From Octopus sinensis (taxonomy: Eukaryota), in contig NC_043023.1 of the NCBI RefSeq assembly GCF_006345805.1, positions 4,216,001 to 4,280,000 of the forward strand: DNA of 64,000 nt, in the 5' to 3' direction. A program made the position numbers and the translations under genes. Shown here in pieces: positions 1 through 64,000 of this stretch; positions within the stretch are counted from its first letter, which is position 1; each line of letters starts with the position of its first letter. A model generated the notes under the pieces. It saw nothing but the letters and a program-made list of their open reading frames with translations, made no database searches and was not told where the DNA came from.

Positions 1-107
1 AGGAACATAAGTTGTGACTAAGATTTGGTGGAAGATTTTAATTCAAAATTTATGAAAACAAGACATTTGTATTACAGAGCCAGCTGGGTTGGTAACGAAA
101 GGGTTAA
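1..107. mobile_element. End of a piggyBac-like MITE (cut by the window edge)
   Basis: Terminus GGTAACGAAAGGG followed by TTAA. Confidence 0.45.
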
Positions 108-127
108 TCAACTACTATACTTAGTAA

Positions 128-465
128 CATCCGTTGACATGTTTACAAAGTCAGAAAAAAGGCACAGCTCCCATGACTTTCGGAGACATTTTTTCACGCT
201 AAGAGTTGCTGAAGCATGGAACAAACTGCCGGCATCGGTTGTTAGTTGTCGGAGCACTGCATCCTTCAAAACTTCAATGCTTCCTGAGATTCGCCAACAC
301 TACACCTGATTTTCTCCCCTCCATACACACACAAGCATGTATCTGACTCATACATTGTTCGCTTTCCAGACATTTGTACATTACTGCATGTGCTTTATAC
401 GCACTTTTGATAAGTTGTGGTGCACCTGAGCACTGTATACAATAATTTCATTATTATTATTATAA
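128..465 (+). mobile_element. 5'-truncated CR1/L2-group LINE 3' end
   Basis: HDFRRHFFTLRVAEAWNKLPASVV, same C-terminus as the copy at 43056-44037; (ATT)n tail. Confidence 0.8.
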
Positions 466-1072
466 CATTGCCAGTTATGGAATACAGGGCAATTGTAGGA
501 GAAATTATGATAAACACAAGTTTATATTACACTGTGTAACAAATTTCTCTCCTTGGGTAGCAACTGTTATTTCCTATTTGCTTACCCATAGAAAGTATGA
601 GAAATGGCTAATATTTCCTTCAAAATTTGCTTTCCTTATGTTTATTCAAACCTCAAAGAATCCCTCTCAACACATGGCTAGGATGCTCCCCAACAACTCC
701 TGCTCATTATGAGCTAAGGGACACACTCAATTGGTTATGTTCAAGCAATTCTGTGGTTTTGAGCAGAATATAATGCGATTTCTGCTTCAGTAGCTCGGAT
801 CTGAATCTGTATGAAATATAATGGCAGTTTCAAAACACTGATGTCCAGGTCGTCACAAAAGCACAATTTGAAGAGAATAGAAGTCACCTCCTTTGATTTC
901 TAGATAGAAACAAATAAGAAATAACAACAATCGAAGAAAAATACAATTTTAATTTTGTTGTACAGTGTTATTAGTTCCTACGTATGTTTCACCATTGTGG
1001 CTGCTTAACCAGAATGGATTATCATGTTTTTTGTAACTGAATGCAATAAATGAAATCCAAAGCAACACTTAC

Positions 1073-61982
<60,910 letters not shown>

Positions 61983-62475
61983 CTGCAGAATAGAATGGAC
62001 ACTGGTTAGTATTGGATATATTGAGATTAATTAATTGCTGGTAGGGACACCATATTTCATTATGCAACCATAATATACTACCAAGTATATTAGGTTATAA
62101 GTAAATACTGTGCCTCAGTATATAATCCAACCCATGCCAACATGGAAAAAGGGATGTCAAATGATGATAATATATATGTATGAGCAAAGTTTGATTTTTT
62201 TTTACCTGTTAGCAGTGCAATTAAATCACTTTATAAGGATTTTTTTTCTACAGAAATTAGAGCCATCACTGAAAGTCACAACATTTCATATACGAATATG
62301 TCTTTGTAAAAATTTTTATCAAAGATAGAAAAATGTGTGATGGGTGTGTATGCATATTTCAAGAGTTATTGCTCCTGCTTTAACACTACATCCAATCCAC
62401 TAACCACCCAAAAATATATTGCTTAAGTAGCCACTAAATTTAGTGGAGTAACACTATTGGATAGACTGATTTATA

Positions 62476-63410
62476 GGATCTTTTCACTTTGACCGGCAGA
62501 TTTTTTTAATAATTTCTTTGTAACTAAACACTTTTAAATTTCGTATACTGGTAGAATGTGTTACATAAAACATCTTTTTCTCTTGGCTTTCTTGAGAAAA
62601 TTCTGTAGTTTGTAAGCTATTTGTTGTTTAATTTCTTGCATTTCGGCAATTTCGACCAATCAATGATGTCTATTGAGGTGAATACAATTTCTCTGGATCT
62701 TTGTCAACAACAATTATTTGCAGTGTCATATGAAATTGTCCCTGTTATTTATGACATATTTCATATCAGTTACGTTCATATGAATAAAAGATTATCGTTA
62801 TTAAACTTTTATTAATAAACACATATTCTAAGTTCACAACATATGCAGTTTTAATTTCCCTCTCTGTTGCACAGATACACACATTACATATTATATATTC
62901 GTTTAAGAAACAGATTGGGTTTATTTACATTTCTGAAGAAAAAAAGATACCTTCCCCCCACCCCTAACCTTAACTCTAACCCTAACTCTAACCATAACCC
63001 TAAAACAGATTGAAATGCAATAGATCGATACTAGGGTCATAATTATGGGTGGACACTAAAGAGGGAACGGTTTTGTTATCCAGCTCTGTTTATGAGTGAC
63101 CCCTCAGTTTATGGCCACAGGGTATCTTTTTTCTCATAAATAGCAGTGACAATTTCATATGACACTGCAAATAATTGTTGTTGACAAAGATCAGGAGAAA
63201 TTGTATTCACCTCAATAGACGTCATTGATTGGTTGAAATTGCCGAAATGCAAGAAATTAAACAACAAATAGCTTACAAACTACAGAATTTTCTCAAGAAA
63301 GCCAAGAGAAAAAGATGTTTTATGTAACACATTCTACCAGTATACGAAGTTTAAAAGTGTTTAGTTACAAAGAAATTATTAAAAATCTGCCGGTCAAAGC
63401 AAAAAGATCC
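62476..63410. mobile_element. Fold-back MITE with ~270-bp TIRs, copy B (Merlin-like, tentative)
   Basis: 8-bp TSD GATTTATA (62468-62475, 63411-63418); termini GGATCTT / AAGATCC; internal CCCTAA-like repeats. Confidence 0.9.
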
Positions 63411-64000
63411 GATTTATATATTAAACACATTCCTGGCAATGTGTATGTATATATTGTTTTACAGTCATAATATCCTACCAAGTACATCAAAGGCTTATAA
63501 AGTCAAGACTATGACTCACCTGTGTAAGCAGTGCAAATCAAATCACTTTTTTAAAATGTTTTCTACAGTCTTTCTATAGAAATTAGAGCCAGCACTGGAA
63601 GTCACAATGTTTCATGTACGAATACGTCTCTTTAAACAAAAACAATGTGGTTGAAAATAGCAAAATAGGCAACAGGTGTATATGCATATTTCAGGAGTTA
63701 TTACTTGTTGATCAGTACCACATCCAGCCCAATAACCATCCATGGACAGATTGCTTAAATAGCTACTGAATACAGCAGTGTAACACACAATTGGATATAC
63801 CAATTTTACATATTAAACACATTCCTGGCAACTTATGGAAGGTTGTTGAGGATACGTGTTACAGATATCCTCATTAGCATTTTACATTCATTTGCTATAC
63901 TAACTTGAATTAGACAGGTGATTTCACCCATGTTAGTTTATTCACAGCATTGCAGACCGCCTAGACAGGTAAAAAAAAAATCAAACTTTGCTCATACATA

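Noticed and set aside
62961-63003. True telomere or chromosome-fusion scar
   Set aside because: Only a few imperfect units, enclosed within a TSD-bounded element that has a sister copy.
63516-63620. Donor-like CAG|gtgagt as the upstream USP19 exon
   Set aside because: It lies in a locally duplicated repeat, and no convincing coding frame or acceptor was found.

Overview
AT-rich, repeat-dense eukaryotic DNA. The SINE, RTE, R4/Dong and microsatellite repertoire suggests an octopus/coleoid cephalopod (inference). The window lies inside one minus-strand gene, a USP19 orthologue. I traced 22 coding exons with canonical GT-AG ends and a continuous frame (3,687 nt, about 1,228 codons): two CS/p23 domains, a SIAH-type motif, the USP Cys box, an inserted MYND zinc finger and a large low-complexity insert. 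The start codon lies beyond the right edge, and the C-terminal His box lies beyond the left edge. The introns hold tRNA-derived SINEs, RTE, CR1, R4/Dong, Tx1-like and Penelope-like fragments, mariner, hAT, Helitron and piggyBac-like remnants, and micro/minisatellites. There is no prokaryotic system and no CRISPR array. Best leads: (1) a minimal hammerhead ribozyme on the USP19 sense strand next to an antisense arm that could lock it; (2) two fold-back elements with exact 8-bp TSDs and internal telomeric repeats; (3) Helitron head-to-tail junctions; (4) candidate microexons and an exon-like tandem duplicate; (5) many fold-back hairpins that are potential ADAR substrates. Exon and TSD coordinates were counted by hand. 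Most repeat boundaries are approximate. Comparisons with human USP19 are from memory, not from a search.
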